From positions 64,001 to 128,000 of the forward strand of contig CAWBYW010000013.1 of the NCBI GenBank assembly GCA_963792965.1: 64,000 bases of DNA, given 5' to 3'. Below are positions 9,189-18,853 of the stretch, piece by piece; the first letter of the stretch is position 1, and each line of letters starts with the position of its first letter. The position numbers and the translations under genes are program-made. The stretch is from an uncultured delta proteobacterium (GTDB taxonomy: Bacteria; Desulfobacterota; Zymogenia; Zymogenales; Zymogenaceae). The notes beneath the pieces are model-generated. The model worked only from the letters and a program-made list of their open reading frames with translations. It was not told where the DNA came from and ran no database searches.

Positions 9189-9608
9189 ATGAAACAGGAG
9201 ATTTCACGGCGGGGCTTTTTGGGCGCCTTTGTCGGCACACTTTCGGCATTGGGCGTCGTGCGCATCACGGCGGGCGAGGCGGCGGCTTCGGGTGAAAAGT
9301 GGGTCCTGGTGGGGAAGACGGGTGATTTTGGCGTCGGCGAGGCGAAACTGATCAAAGACGAGAAGGTTTACGTTATCCGAAACAAGAACGGGCTCTTCGC
9401 GATGAGCGCGGCATGCACACACCTCGGATGCGCGGTCGATCGACTGCAGGACGGGACCTACCTGTGTCCCTGTCACGGCTCGTCCTATGACGCCAAAGGC
9501 CTGGTGACGCACGGCCCCGCGAAGAAATCGCTTGTCTGGTACCAGACTCGGGAGTCTGACGGAGAGGTATACGTCAACTTCAAGGGGATCGTCGAGCCCG
9601 CGTCGTGA
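9189..9608 (+). CDS. Tat-exported Rieske [2Fe-2S] protein
   Basis: ISRRGFL twin-arginine signal; CTHLGC and CPCHGSSY boxes; GPA. Confidence 0.9.
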   Translation: MKQEISRRGFLGAFVGTLSALGVVRITAGEAAASGEKWVLVGKTGDFGVGEAKLIKDEKVYVIRNKNGLFAMSAACTHLGCAVDRLQDGTYLCPCHGSSYDAKGLVTHGPAKKSLVWYQTRESDGEVYVNFKGIVEPAS

Positions 9609-9763
9609 TATGCCGGACTCGCGATAGTCACCGGTCGTATCACCCGGGACGTGCATGGGTCGGACGACGGGGAAAAGACGCGTGGGGGGCACAGGTGAGA
9701 CCCCATGAGACCGTCTCCGTCAGAATTGTCTCGTGAGGAGAAGCGGGAGGGGGTGACGGGAAG

Positions 9764-10267
9764 ATGGAAGAGAAACGATTCCGAATAGACGAGGTCTTCG
9801 AGATCGCCGTCGAAATGGAGCGACGGAAGACCTCTTTTTACCGGAGATCCGCACGGTCGACGCGCTCTAAGGGGACGCGGGAGCTGCTGCTGGAATTGGC
9901 CGACATGGAGGAAGAACACAGACGCCTCTTTTCCTCCTTCAGGGATAAGGTGAAGAAAACAGCGGAGAAGAAAGCCGACACGGCTCGCGACGAGCACGCC
10001 GACCCATTCCTTTTCGGATGGATTTCCGGAGTCGTCCTTGACGGTCTGTCGGGCACGGACGACCTGGGGGAGTCCGAGTCCCTTGAGGAGATATTGACGT
10101 TCGCCGTCGCGATGGAAAAAGATTCCGTCGTCTTCTATACCGGCCTCAAGGATGCCGTGGCGAGCAGGCGTGATAGGGAATATGTCGACAACATCATCCA
10201 TGAGGAGATGGGGCACCTCACACTTCTTTCCGACCAGCTGCGCTCCGTTAAGGGCGAGCTGATGTAG
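9764..10267 (+). CDS. Ferritin-like/rubrerythrin family protein
   Basis: AVEMERR..FY, LADMEEEH, AMEKDSVVFY, IIHEEMGH diiron ExxH motifs. Confidence 0.85.
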   Translation: MEEKRFRIDEVFEIAVEMERRKTSFYRRSARSTRSKGTRELLLELADMEEEHRRLFSSFRDKVKKTAEKKADTARDEHADPFLFGWISGVVLDGLSGTDDLGESESLEEILTFAVAMEKDSVVFYTGLKDAVASRRDREYVDNIIHEEMGHLTLLSDQLRSVKGELM

Positions 10268-10300
10268 CACCGGTCTAAACCTATCATAGGGAGAAACGAG

Positions 10301-10831
10301 ATGGGAGAGCCGCCGAAGTCACTGGTGATGCTCGATAAGGCCCTCTCGATGGAAAGAGAGGGGAAAGCTTTTTATCAGCGGGCGATCGAAGCCTGCCATA
10401 ACGACGTAGGCAGGGAGATATTCAAGACTCTCAAGTCCGACGAGGATATCCACATCGCCCGTATCAGAAAGATCACGGAAAGCCTCGGGGGAGGGAACCC
10501 GTGGAGCGACGAGTGGAAGAATTACTCCTTTTCACACGGGGACTTGACGGCGTTCTTCAGCGGCCTTGCCCAAAAACACGGGTCGGAAAAAACGGCCGAC
10601 GCCAATGATGTGGACGCCTTGAACGTCGGCATAGACTTCGAGCTGAGGTCGGTGACCTTTTACGAGGGAAGCTTGGTAGGCGCGACCGACTCCCTTGAGC
10701 GTGAGTTCATCTCGCAGATGGTCATCGAGGAGAAGAGCCACCACAAGATCCTCGAGGACGCGAAACTCTACCTGACCGACCCGTCATCCTGGTTCCGCGA
10801 GCACGAAAAGGGCGGGCTCGACGGGGCATAG
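10301..10831 (+). CDS. Ferritin-like/rubrerythrin family protein
   Basis: MEREGKAFY, SDEDIH, FELRSVTFY, EEKSH; C-terminal WFREHEKGGLDGA. Confidence 0.85.
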   Translation: MGEPPKSLVMLDKALSMEREGKAFYQRAIEACHNDVGREIFKTLKSDEDIHIARIRKITESLGGGNPWSDEWKNYSFSHGDLTAFFSGLAQKHGSEKTADANDVDALNVGIDFELRSVTFYEGSLVGATDSLEREFISQMVIEEKSHHKILEDAKLYLTDPSSWFREHEKGGLDGA

Positions 10832-10870
10832 GCGGCGCCCACCAGAGAGAGTCCGCGCGACAATCGCCAT

Positions 10871-10900
10871 AATAAAACGGGCGGGACTGGTCCCGCCCGT
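10871..10900 (-). terminator. Intrinsic terminator between convergent genes
   Basis: Inverted repeat ACGGGCGGGAC/GTCCCGCCCGT followed by TTTATT on the minus strand. Confidence 0.7.
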
Positions 10901-10932
10901 CCTTCCCGAAGGCAGAAAGAGCTCCGCCGTCG

Positions 10933-12459
10933 TTACTTCTTCTGATATTCCTCTTTCATCTTGTACTTGAGGACCTTGCCGGAGGGATTGCGCGGCAGTG
11001 CCGGGAGGAAATAGACGACCTTCGGCCGCTTATAGCCCGGAAGCGTCTTCTTGGCGTAGGCCAACAGCTCCTGTTCGGTGGCTGTCTTGTCGGGCTTCAG
11101 CACGATCGCCGCGTGTATCATCTCCCCCCACTTCGGGTCCGGCAGGCCGAAGACCGCCGCCTCCTGTACCGCCGGGTGCGTCAACAGTGCGTCCTCGACC
11201 TCCTTGGCAAAGACGTTCTCCCCGCCGGTCTTGATCATGTCCTTCCTTCGATCCACAAAGTAGAGGAAACCGTCCTTATCCCGGCTCACGATATCGCCCG
11301 TGTGGAGCCAGCCGTCCACAAAGGTCTTTTTCGTCTCGTCGTCTCGCTTATAGTAGCCCGAGATGACCGAGGGCCCCTTGAGGAGAAGCTCGCCGGGGTC
11401 GCCCACCTTGACCTCTCTGTCCTGATCGTCGACGATGAGGTAGGCCAGGGCCGGATTGACCACGCCGATCGATCCGGCTTTTTCAAACATCATGGCATCG
11501 GCAAGCACCGTCGCGTTGCCGCCCGACGATTCGGTCAGCCCGTAGGTGTAGAAAAGCTCGGCCGTGGGCATATATTTCTTTACGTCTTTCTTGAGCTCGT
11601 CGGGAAAGGTGGCGGCCGCGGTGGCGAACACACGCACGTGGGTCACGTCGTATTTGATGGCCTCGGGCACCGCCATAATCCAGTTGAAGAGGAACGGGGG
11701 GACGACCATCGCCACGGTGACCTTCTCATCGTGGAGATTCTTCATGTAGGCGACCGGCTCAAACCGATGCTGCAGCACGACCCGGGCCCCCGCCGCCACA
11801 AGGGAGTTGAGACAGTTGTTGATGATGACGTGAAAGAGGGGCAGCACCTGGATCCCCGTGTCTTTTGGCGAGAGGGAGAGGGCGTTGATCGTCGTGAAGA
11901 CGGCCCAGAGCGCGTTCTCATGAGTAAGCATGGCCAGCTTGCTGACGCCGGTCGTGCCGCCGGTGCACAGGAAGATGTACGGGTCAGATCCCACGACCTC
12001 GGCCCTGGGCTCCTCCGGCGAGCCCTTCTTGAGGAATGCTTCGTAGTCAATCGCATAGTCAAGGGGCTTCTTTCCTACCTCGATATAGGTCTTGACCTTC
12101 GGGAGTTTTCCCCGCATGGCCTTGACCATTTCCGCAAATTCGTCGTGAAATATGAGAGCCTTGGCGTCGGAGAGGTCGACGAGATACCCGATATCCGGCG
12201 CGAGGAGCCGGGTCTTGACCGGAAAATAGACGACGCCGATCTTGGCCAGGGCATAATTCGCCTCGACCATAGCAGGGATATTCTCGGCCAGCATCGCGAC
12301 TTTGTCGCCTTTCTTGAGGCCGAGAGAGAGCAGCGCGTTGGCCAGCCTGTTGACGCGCTCGTTGAGCCGCCTGTAGGTATACCGCTCTTCCTCGAAGATA
12401 AGGGCCTCGCGGTCGGGGTACTGGATCGCATTTCGCGCCACGATATTTCCGATAGTCAT
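10933..12459 (-). CDS. Long-chain fatty acid/acyl-CoA ligase (AMP-binding)
   Basis: TGGTTGVSK, YGLTE, GWLHTGD, DRRKDMIKTGGENV, PRNPSGKVLK; ATG 12459 with GGGGGAGG RBS. Confidence 0.93.
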   Translation of the reverse strand: MTIGNIVARNAIQYPDREALIFEEERYTYRRLNERVNRLANALLSLGLKKGDKVAMLAENIPAMVEANYALAKIGVVYFPVKTRLLAPDIGYLVDLSDAKALIFHDEFAEMVKAMRGKLPKVKTYIEVGKKPLDYAIDYEAFLKKGSPEEPRAEVVGSDPYIFLCTGGTTGVSKLAMLTHENALWAVFTTINALSLSPKDTGIQVLPLFHVIINNCLNSLVAAGARVVLQHRFEPVAYMKNLHDEKVTVAMVVPPFLFNWIMAVPEAIKYDVTHVRVFATAAATFPDELKKDVKKYMPTAELFYTYGLTESSGGNATVLADAMMFEKAGSIGVVNPALAYLIVDDQDREVKVGDPGELLLKGPSVISGYYKRDDETKKTFVDGWLHTGDIVSRDKDGFLYFVDRRKDMIKTGGENVFAKEVEDALLTHPAVQEAAVFGLPDPKWGEMIHAAIVLKPDKTATEQELLAYAKKTLPGYKRPKVVYFLPALPRNPSGKVLKYKMKEEYQKK

Positions 12460-12507
12460 ACCTCCCCCCTGTTCGTGACCATATGGATTAAGTAAGGTAG
12501 CCGATAG

Positions 12508-12522
12508 GTTAGTAATACTAAC
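12508..12522. promoter_or_regulatory. Palindromic operator candidate in ligase/azlC divergent region
   Basis: GTTAGTA-A-TACTAAC perfect 7-1-7 inverted repeat in the expected -10 region downstream of a minus-strand TTGACA (12540-12535). Confidence 0.45.
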
Positions 12523-12578
12523 TTTGTGGTGCCTTGTCAAGTATTTTGGGCAGAGAACGAAACGAAAAAAGAATAGTC

Positions 12579-12607
12579 TTGAGGAGCGAGCACGTTCGTA
12601 GTATAGT
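12579..12607 (+). promoter_or_regulatory. Sigma70 promoter for azlCD leader
   Basis: TTGAGG-17 nt-TATAGT. Confidence 0.55.
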
Positions 12608-12687
12608 GGCCTCATCAATCCAACCAAAGGATCGGGAAGCTGCAACGCCCGCCGCGGCAACAGGCGGTCGGGCGTGCTGTCTCAGAG

Positions 12688-12712
12688 AATGCCTCAAGAG
12701 GGCATTTTTTAT
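12688..12712 (+). terminator. Intrinsic terminator inside azlC 5' leader (attenuator)
   Basis: AATGCC-TCAAGAG-GGCATT followed by TTTTAT, about 35 nt before the azlC ATG. Confidence 0.65.
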
Positions 12713-12745
12713 ATTTGCCGGACCGAGTGTGCCGGCGGAGTAATC

Positions 12746-13450
12746 ATGCGACTGGGTAAGATATTCAATTTTCAGGAGGTCAAGAAAGGGTTCGTGCAAT
12801 CGGCCCCTGTCATGGTGTCGGTCCTCGCCTTCGGCCTCGTCTACGGCGTTCTGTCGATACAATCGGGCCTGACGATCCTTGAGGCCTTCCTCTCCTGCAT
12901 CATCGTCCTGGCGGGGATGTCCCAGTTTGCCTCGCTGCCGCTGTTTGCCGCCAACATCAGCCCCCTCACGATCATCGGCACGACGTTCATCATCAACATG
13001 CGCCACCTGATCATGGGGGCCTCCATTTCGCGGAGGTTCACGGAGCGGGGCCTCTTCGGGAAGGCCGCGGCCTCCTATTTCCTCATCGATGAGTCGTTTG
13101 CGATGGCCACCGCCTATGCCGAAAAAGAAAGGGGAGGTTCCGTCCGCGACTACATGATCGGGTCGGGGCTGGCGGTCTTTGCCTCGTGGAATATCGGCAC
13201 CGTGGTGGGGGCGCTCTTCGGCAACTTCCTCGGAGATCCGAAGGTGTACGGGCTCGATTTTGCGGCGGCGGCGGCCTTCCTCGGGCTTCTGGTCCCCCAG
13301 ATCAAGGGGAAGGGCGACCTCCTCGTGCTCTTGGTCGGGGCGATCCTTTCGGTCGGCGCCTACCTTTCTTTCGAGGGGAGCTGGTATATCCTTATCACCG
13401 GAATCTTCGCGAGCCTTGTGGGGGCCCTGGTGGCACACGATGAGAAGTGA
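12746..13450 (+). CDS. azlC: AzlC family branched-chain amino acid exporter, large subunit
   Basis: AGMSQF, INMRHLIMG, LIDESFA, GLDFA motifs. Confidence 0.92.
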   Translation: MRLGKIFNFQEVKKGFVQSAPVMVSVLAFGLVYGVLSIQSGLTILEAFLSCIIVLAGMSQFASLPLFAANISPLTIIGTTFIINMRHLIMGASISRRFTERGLFGKAAASYFLIDESFAMATAYAEKERGGSVRDYMIGSGLAVFASWNIGTVVGALFGNFLGDPKVYGLDFAAAAAFLGLLVPQIKGKGDLLVLLVGAILSVGAYLSFEGSWYILITGIFASLVGALVAHDEK

Positions 13451-13763
13451 GGTTTTTATAACCCTTGTCGGCATGGGGCTGGTAACCTACCTGACGCGCG
13501 CCCTCTTCATCATCGGGCTCAAGGGCGATACGCTGCCCCCCTTCGTTGTCCGGTGGCTCTCGTTTGTCCCCGTGGCGGTGCTGACCGCCATCATCTGCCC
13601 CATGATCGCGGCCCCGCAAAAACATCTCAACCTCACCTACGACAACCCCTATCTTCTGGCGGGAATTCTCACGACCGTCATCGCGGTCGCCACGAAAAAC
13701 CTCGTCGTCACCGTCCTCGGCGGGATGGGCATAATCCTCCTGTTGAAATTCTTCATGGGATAG
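13440..13763 (+). CDS. azlD: AzlD family exporter, small subunit
   Basis: MGLVTYLTR, LSFVPVAVLTAII; overlaps azlC end. Confidence 0.9.
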   Translation: MRSEVFITLVGMGLVTYLTRALFIIGLKGDTLPPFVVRWLSFVPVAVLTAIICPMIAAPQKHLNLTYDNPYLLAGILTTVIAVATKNLVVTVLGGMGIILLLKFFMG

Positions 13764-13769
13764 GCCCGC

Positions 13770-14546
13770 CTATATCCTGCCGATTACCTCAAGGAGAATC
13801 ACAAAGATGACGACGTCGGCAAAGACGTGGGTGATGATCGCCATCAAGAGCCCCCCCGCGCGCATCCTGATGAGTCCGAGCATGATCCCGTAGATGAACG
13901 CAAGCGCGACGCCCACGACGCCGTTGGGCACGCCCCAGATGTGCGCCGCTCCGAAGAAGAGGGCCTGTACCACGAGGACGGCCCAGGGAGTCCCGATAAG
14001 CTTCGTCAACCCCTGCCAGATGATCCCCCGGTAGATCACTTCCTCGACTATGGCGTTGAGGAGCGCGAACCCGAGCCCGCCGACGAGGAGCTGGTAGAGC
14101 GGCCTCGGGGGAAAGAACCGGGTGAAGACCGCGATGTCCGGGTGCAGGAGACGGTACCAGAGGACCAGCGCCCCCGAGCTGACGATGACCACGACAAGGG
14201 AGTAGACGGCGAGCCGCGGCGTGACCGCGCCCCAGGCGAGCCAGGTCGTGTCTTTACGGAGGGGTCGTGCGGCCAGGACAAGCGCGGTGTAGACGAGGAT
14301 CGGCACGATAAGGAGCAGCCCGAGGCTGACGAAGGGCAGGAGCCGGAAGAGGTAGCACATCAAGAGGAAGAGTGAGGGGCCGAGAAGGGGCGGCCGTCTC
14401 AGGGAAAAATAGGCAACAATGAAGAGGAGCACCGCGATCGTGACCCAGCGATAGATCCCCTCGATCGGGGGAACAAGGAGGGAAAAGATCACCAGGAGGG
14501 AGAAGAGGATCAGGCCGAAGATCGTATCGAGTTTTTTTGCGGCCAT
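13770..14546 (-). CDS. CPBP (CAAX/Abi) intramembrane metalloprotease
   Basis: EEVIYRG, FGAAH, HVFAD motifs; multi-TM. Confidence 0.9.
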   Translation of the reverse strand: MAAKKLDTIFGLILFSLLVIFSLLVPPIEGIYRWVTIAVLLFIVAYFSLRRPPLLGPSLFLLMCYLFRLLPFVSLGLLLIVPILVYTALVLAARPLRKDTTWLAWGAVTPRLAVYSLVVVIVSSGALVLWYRLLHPDIAVFTRFFPPRPLYQLLVGGLGFALLNAIVEEVIYRGIIWQGLTKLIGTPWAVLVVQALFFGAAHIWGVPNGVVGVALAFIYGIMLGLIRMRAGGLLMAIITHVFADVVIFVILLEVIGRI

Positions 14547-14743
14547 GGCCGTTACTATCCCCAGACGAATGGATTAGCGTAGTGAATCAACATATCCCAT
14601 CCGATCGTCCGTTTCAAACAAAAAACGGAGCAGGGGGATTTCCACGTTGGGGAAGCCCGTCATCCTTATCGCCGCGGATACTGTGCGTGCAGTCACGACT
14701 CTTAACCAAGGCAATTTTCGGCGCGGTTCCTTACGGTGAACGA

Positions 14744-15964
14744 CTACTTGACGACCTTTTTTCCCCTGAGCGTCGCTATCTGTTCATTGCTGTAACCGAA
14801 TTCCCGCAAGACCTCATCGTTATGTTCGCCAAGTCTCGGCGCATTTCTCATGATGGCAGTACTTTCGCCGTTAAATTTCACCGGATTTCCCATGATCCAG
14901 TCTTTTCTTCCATTTGGCAGCGTATATTCCAGCATAAAATCATTTGCCCTGACCTGAGGATCGTCTTTCAATTCATGCCATCTCTGATTTACCTCATGGA
15001 CGATATCCGCCTTCTTCAAACGATCGACAAGCTCAGAGCAGGTGTATTTTGAAAATTCTTCGTCAATGATTTGCGCCTGCACCGTGGCATAATTGAACAT
15101 GTCGGCCTGTGTTGCAAATCGCTTGTCGTCGGCAAGCTCGGGTTTCAAAAGGACGGTCTCGCAAAAGGGCCTCCAGTATCGGTCATATTCAAGGACTATA
15201 ACGGTAATCCAACGATCATCTTTCGATCTATAGCTGTTCATCATACCGGAGCGGGGATTTTTACGGGATTGTTTCGGCCATCCGTTATTGTTATTGGCGC
15301 AAATGATGCTGAGCCCAAGAGTCCAGATCGCGGTGCTCAGAAGGGATGTCTGCACCTTGGTCCCCTTTCCGGTCTTTTCGCGGTGGTAGAGGGCCGCAAT
15401 AATACCCCCTGCTAAATACATGCCGGTACTATGATCGCCGAAACCGGCAACCGGGGGCATGGGTTCCGTTCCCGGTTCGCCAAATTCCACGAGTATTCCC
15501 GATCGGGCGAAATACGCCGCGAGGTCAAAACCCGGCTTGTCCTTATCGGGCCCATCGTCTCCATATCCATTCAGATACGCGTAAACAATTTTGGGATATT
15601 TATCCGAGATTGATTCGTAATCCATACCAAGCTTTAAGAGGGCCTTCGGCCGAAAATTCGTTACAAAAACATCCGCTTTTTCCAGCATTCGACCGATAAT
15701 CTCTTTTCCCGTATCGGTTTTGAGGTCAAAGCATGTTCCCCGTTTATTCCTATTATCCCCATCAAAAAGAATATTGTCATCATCGGCCACGGTGCATTTC
15801 ATTATGTAACCGAAATAGCGATAATAATCTCCGGTTAATGGCTCGATTTTGATAACATCGGCACCCCAGTCTGCAAGTACTGAGGAACACGCAGGTCCAG
15901 CCACAAAAGTCGTCAAGTCCACAACCTTGACTCCAGCGAGCGGAAGGGTCAGTTCTTTTGTCAT
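14744..15964 (-). CDS. Family III CoA-transferase (CaiB/BaiF)
   Basis: VAGP...LADWGADVIKIE, NRNKR, GFGD catalytic Asp, APRLGEHN. Confidence 0.93.
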   Translation of the reverse strand: MTKELTLPLAGVKVVDLTTFVAGPACSSVLADWGADVIKIEPLTGDYYRYFGYIMKCTVADDDNILFDGDNRNKRGTCFDLKTDTGKEIIGRMLEKADVFVTNFRPKALLKLGMDYESISDKYPKIVYAYLNGYGDDGPDKDKPGFDLAAYFARSGILVEFGEPGTEPMPPVAGFGDHSTGMYLAGGIIAALYHREKTGKGTKVQTSLLSTAIWTLGLSIICANNNNGWPKQSRKNPRSGMMNSYRSKDDRWITVIVLEYDRYWRPFCETVLLKPELADDKRFATQADMFNYATVQAQIIDEEFSKYTCSELVDRLKKADIVHEVNQRWHELKDDPQVRANDFMLEYTLPNGRKDWIMGNPVKFNGESTAIMRNAPRLGEHNDEVLREFGYSNEQIATLRGKKVVK

Positions 15965-16768
15965 TTCTAAACTCCTTTTATCGATACCAACGTGCGTCAG
16001 GTTTTAGTTCAGAATAGAGATACCAAATGAAACTCCTTCGCATGAGCAGTACTATCGCCCGGAATTCATGAATGAAATCGATAATAAATATTTTCCATCA
16101 CTACCGAGGACATACGCATAAAAGGTGCTTTTTTTACAGCTTAAAGCGGTTAAGAGCTAATTTCCAACATTTATTTTCATTGCGGCGGTGAAGAGTTGTT
16201 TCGAGAATTACCTTCCGGTAAGGTGGGCTTAGTATACTACACCACGTCCCCTTCGACTACAACTTTTTCACACTCAAACCGCCGATAAATCACCAATCCA
16301 TCAAGAAACGTCTGAAAGGCCGTTCGCCCCGGCAGTACCTCACCTGATTCGTCCGAGCCATTATGGTATCTCAAGGACTGGTCAAGATCGGCTTAGCTCT
16401 TCCTGATAGTCCGATACAGCTCTCTCAATAGAGAATGCCACCGTCTCAGGCCCCCCCGATGAGGTGCGGCAACCACGTGGGTTGGAGGGGCAACCACGGG
16501 CCCAATAACGAGGTATGAGAGAACTTCGTCGGGGCCGACGTGACTATACGCTCGGGAGGCCGCGGGGAAGAGTGTTCGGCTTCTTGGCCCGCAACAGGAT
16601 AGGGGACCTTCGCCGCCTTCTTCTTATCGCCGCAGTCTATTCCCTTGGCGTGAATTAGTTTCAGGGCGCAGCCCCACGGTGGGGAGCGCCGATTATTATA
16701 GGATCTCGGCGAGTGGAACAAATTCATCCGGAAAAGGGTTATCATCCCCCCATCGTCTGATCGGGTCC

Positions 16769-16804
16769 AAAAAACCCCCTCTTCGTCAGCGAAGGGGGGG
16801 TTTT
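16769..16804. terminator. Bidirectional intrinsic terminator downstream of corA
   Basis: AAAACCCCCTCTTCG-TCAG-CGAAGGGGGGGTTTT with T-tracts on both strands. Confidence 0.75.
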
Positions 16805-16871
16805 GTCTTAGTGAGTAGGAGACGCAATCACAAGCGGTGGACCGCCGGGTCCGTGAGGCACGACCGTTATC

Positions 16872-17944
16872 TCACATCCACTTCTTCCGCTTGAAATAGA
16901 GCAGCATGAACAGGAACACGACGAGCATGATCCCCAGCACGGCCGGGTATCCCCACGGCTTTGAGAGCTCGGGCATGTTGTGGAAGTTCATGCCGTAGAC
17001 GCCGGCGATGAACGACAGCGGTATGAATATCGTCGTGATGATGGTGAGCACCTTCATGATCTCGTTCATCCGGTTTGATCACGTTGGTCAGGTAGATATC
17101 GAGCATCCCCGAGAGCATGTCCCGGATGGTCTCCACCGAATCGATGAGGCGGATCGTATGGTCATAGACGTCGCGGAGGTAGACGATGGTCGTCTTCTGG
17201 ATGAGGGCCGATTCGCCGCGCTCCAAGAAACCCGATCATCTCGCGCAGAGGCCAGATCGACTTCCTCAGCATGATCGTCTCCATCTTGGTGTCGTGGATG
17301 ACCCTCAGGTTTTCCGGCGAGGGATCGCTGACGACCTTGTCCTCCAAAAACTCGATCATATCCTCGAAGCGCTCTATCACCTGAAAATAGCCGTCGACGA
17401 TCGCATCGATGAGGGCGTACGTCAGGAAATCGGCGCCCGATTTCCTGATAATGCCCCGGTTATTCCTGATCCGCTCCCTGATCCCGTCGAAGACATCCCT
17501 GCCGTTTTCCTGAAACGAGATGACATACGTCTTGCCGAGGATAATGCTGACCTGCTCCTCGACGATCTCGTCTTTCTTTTCGTCCTCGTAGACCATCTTC
17601 AGGACGATATAGAGGTAGGTCTCGTAGTCCTCGACCTTCGGCCGCTGGGTCGCGTTCATGATGTCTTCCATGACCAGGGGGTGCAGGTCAAACGAGGTCC
17701 CGAGCTTCTCGAGGAGCTCCGTCTCATGGATGCCGGAGACGTTGATCCAGGTGACCGTGTCGGCCTTGCCGTGAACGACGCAGTCGTCAAGGGACGCATC
17801 CTTTATCTCGCGGAACTCTTTTTCGTCAAAGTCGAAAATTGAAATCCGTGATTTAAGGGCGAGCTCCTCGCCGATGTGGACGAGCGTACCCGGGGGGAGG
17901 CCCGCCTTGAGGGAGACCTTTTTTACGATCCGTGGCATGCGCAC
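16872..17944 (-). CDS. corA: Magnesium/cobalt transporter CorA, split by two +1 frameshifts (~17228, ~17075)
   Basis: GLPPGTL, QRPKVE, YLRDVYDH, MNEIMKVLT, GMNF across three consecutive frames; extra T in a TTT run and extra A in an AAA run. Confidence 0.9.
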
Positions 17945-18119
17945 CTCGCTCTCAATCGGTAAAGACTTTCATTGGACACTCCCGGACGCAAGATGGTGAT
18001 AACTTTTCCGGCGATTATATCACGTCGTTTATGCTGCACGGCAACTATTTATTGCGGCAAAAAAGTTGACCACGCGTACAATTTGACTTGACAAACAGGG
18101 GCTAATACCCTAAAGTTTT

Positions 18120-18135
18120 GATTGACAAGTCAATC
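18120..18135. promoter_or_regulatory. Candidate TetR operator
   Basis: Perfect GATTGAC-AA-GTCAATC palindrome upstream of tetR; related TTGACTTGACAA at 18083. Confidence 0.6.
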
Positions 18136-18188
18136 TATACGTTCCTCTCTATCGAATCATACCGTTTTTTAAAGAGACGGCGCTGATT

Positions 18189-18842
18189 ATGACGCAAAAA
18201 AAGAATAATTCAAGTCAACAGGATACTATCCTCGAATCTCCCGAAAAGACGAGCCTCATCCTCGACGCGGCAGTCAAGGTCTTTGCCGATAAGGGATACT
18301 ACGGCGCCCGCGTGTCGGATATCGCCCAGGAAGCGGGGATAGCCTACGGGCTCGTGTACCACTACTTCAAGAACAAGGAGGATCTCCTCATCTCGATCTT
18401 CCGGACACGGTGGAGCGAGTTCGACCATGCCGTCCGGACAATCATGAGTGAGAAAGAAGATCCGCGGGAGATGATCCACTCCATCATCTCGTTTCTCTTC
18501 CATTCCTATAAGAACAACCCGAAGATGATCGAGGTAATGATCCTGGATGTGGCAAAGAGCGCCCGGTTCTTCAACGGCGACAATATCAAGCAGTTTACGG
18601 ATGTCTTCACGTTGATCTCGGAGATCGTGCGCCGGGGACAGGAGCGTGGGGTCTTCAGGAAAGGCCTCGACCCGAAGCTGGCCGCCTATTCGATGTACGG
18701 CACGGTGGAGCGGATCATGCTCTGGTGGATATTGGAGGGTAAGAAGGCGATCACCGATCAGGAGGCGCGGTCGACAACCGAGATGGTGGCCACCATTCTC
18801 CTTTCCGGACTCGAACAAAAAGATACCGATAGAAATATATAG
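18189..18842 (+). CDS. TetR/AcrR family transcriptional regulator
   Basis: ILDAAVKVFADKGY..VSDIAQEAGIAYGLVYHYFKNKEDLL HTH. Confidence 0.95.
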   Translation: MTQKKNNSSQQDTILESPEKTSLILDAAVKVFADKGYYGARVSDIAQEAGIAYGLVYHYFKNKEDLLISIFRTRWSEFDHAVRTIMSEKEDPREMIHSIISFLFHSYKNNPKMIEVMILDVAKSARFFNGDNIKQFTDVFTLISEIVRRGQERGVFRKGLDPKLAAYSMYGTVERIMLWWILEGKKAITDQEARSTTEMVATILLSGLEQKDTDRNI

Positions 18843-18853
18843 AGGAGGGTTTC

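Noticed and set aside
11113-12495. Long antisense ORFs (also 24361..25626, 28489..29850, 30640..31851, 35800..36825)
   Set aside because: They mirror well-supported genes, are expected in high-GC DNA and carry no motifs
12610-12690. Calling the azlC leader a canonical SAM-I, SAH or T-box element
   Set aside because: Only a P3-like GCAAC/GTGC pairing is present; other conserved elements are missing
17070-17235. Programmed frameshifting or true pseudogene for corA
   Set aside because: No slippery heptamer; both breaks are single extra bases in short runs, as in other genes here
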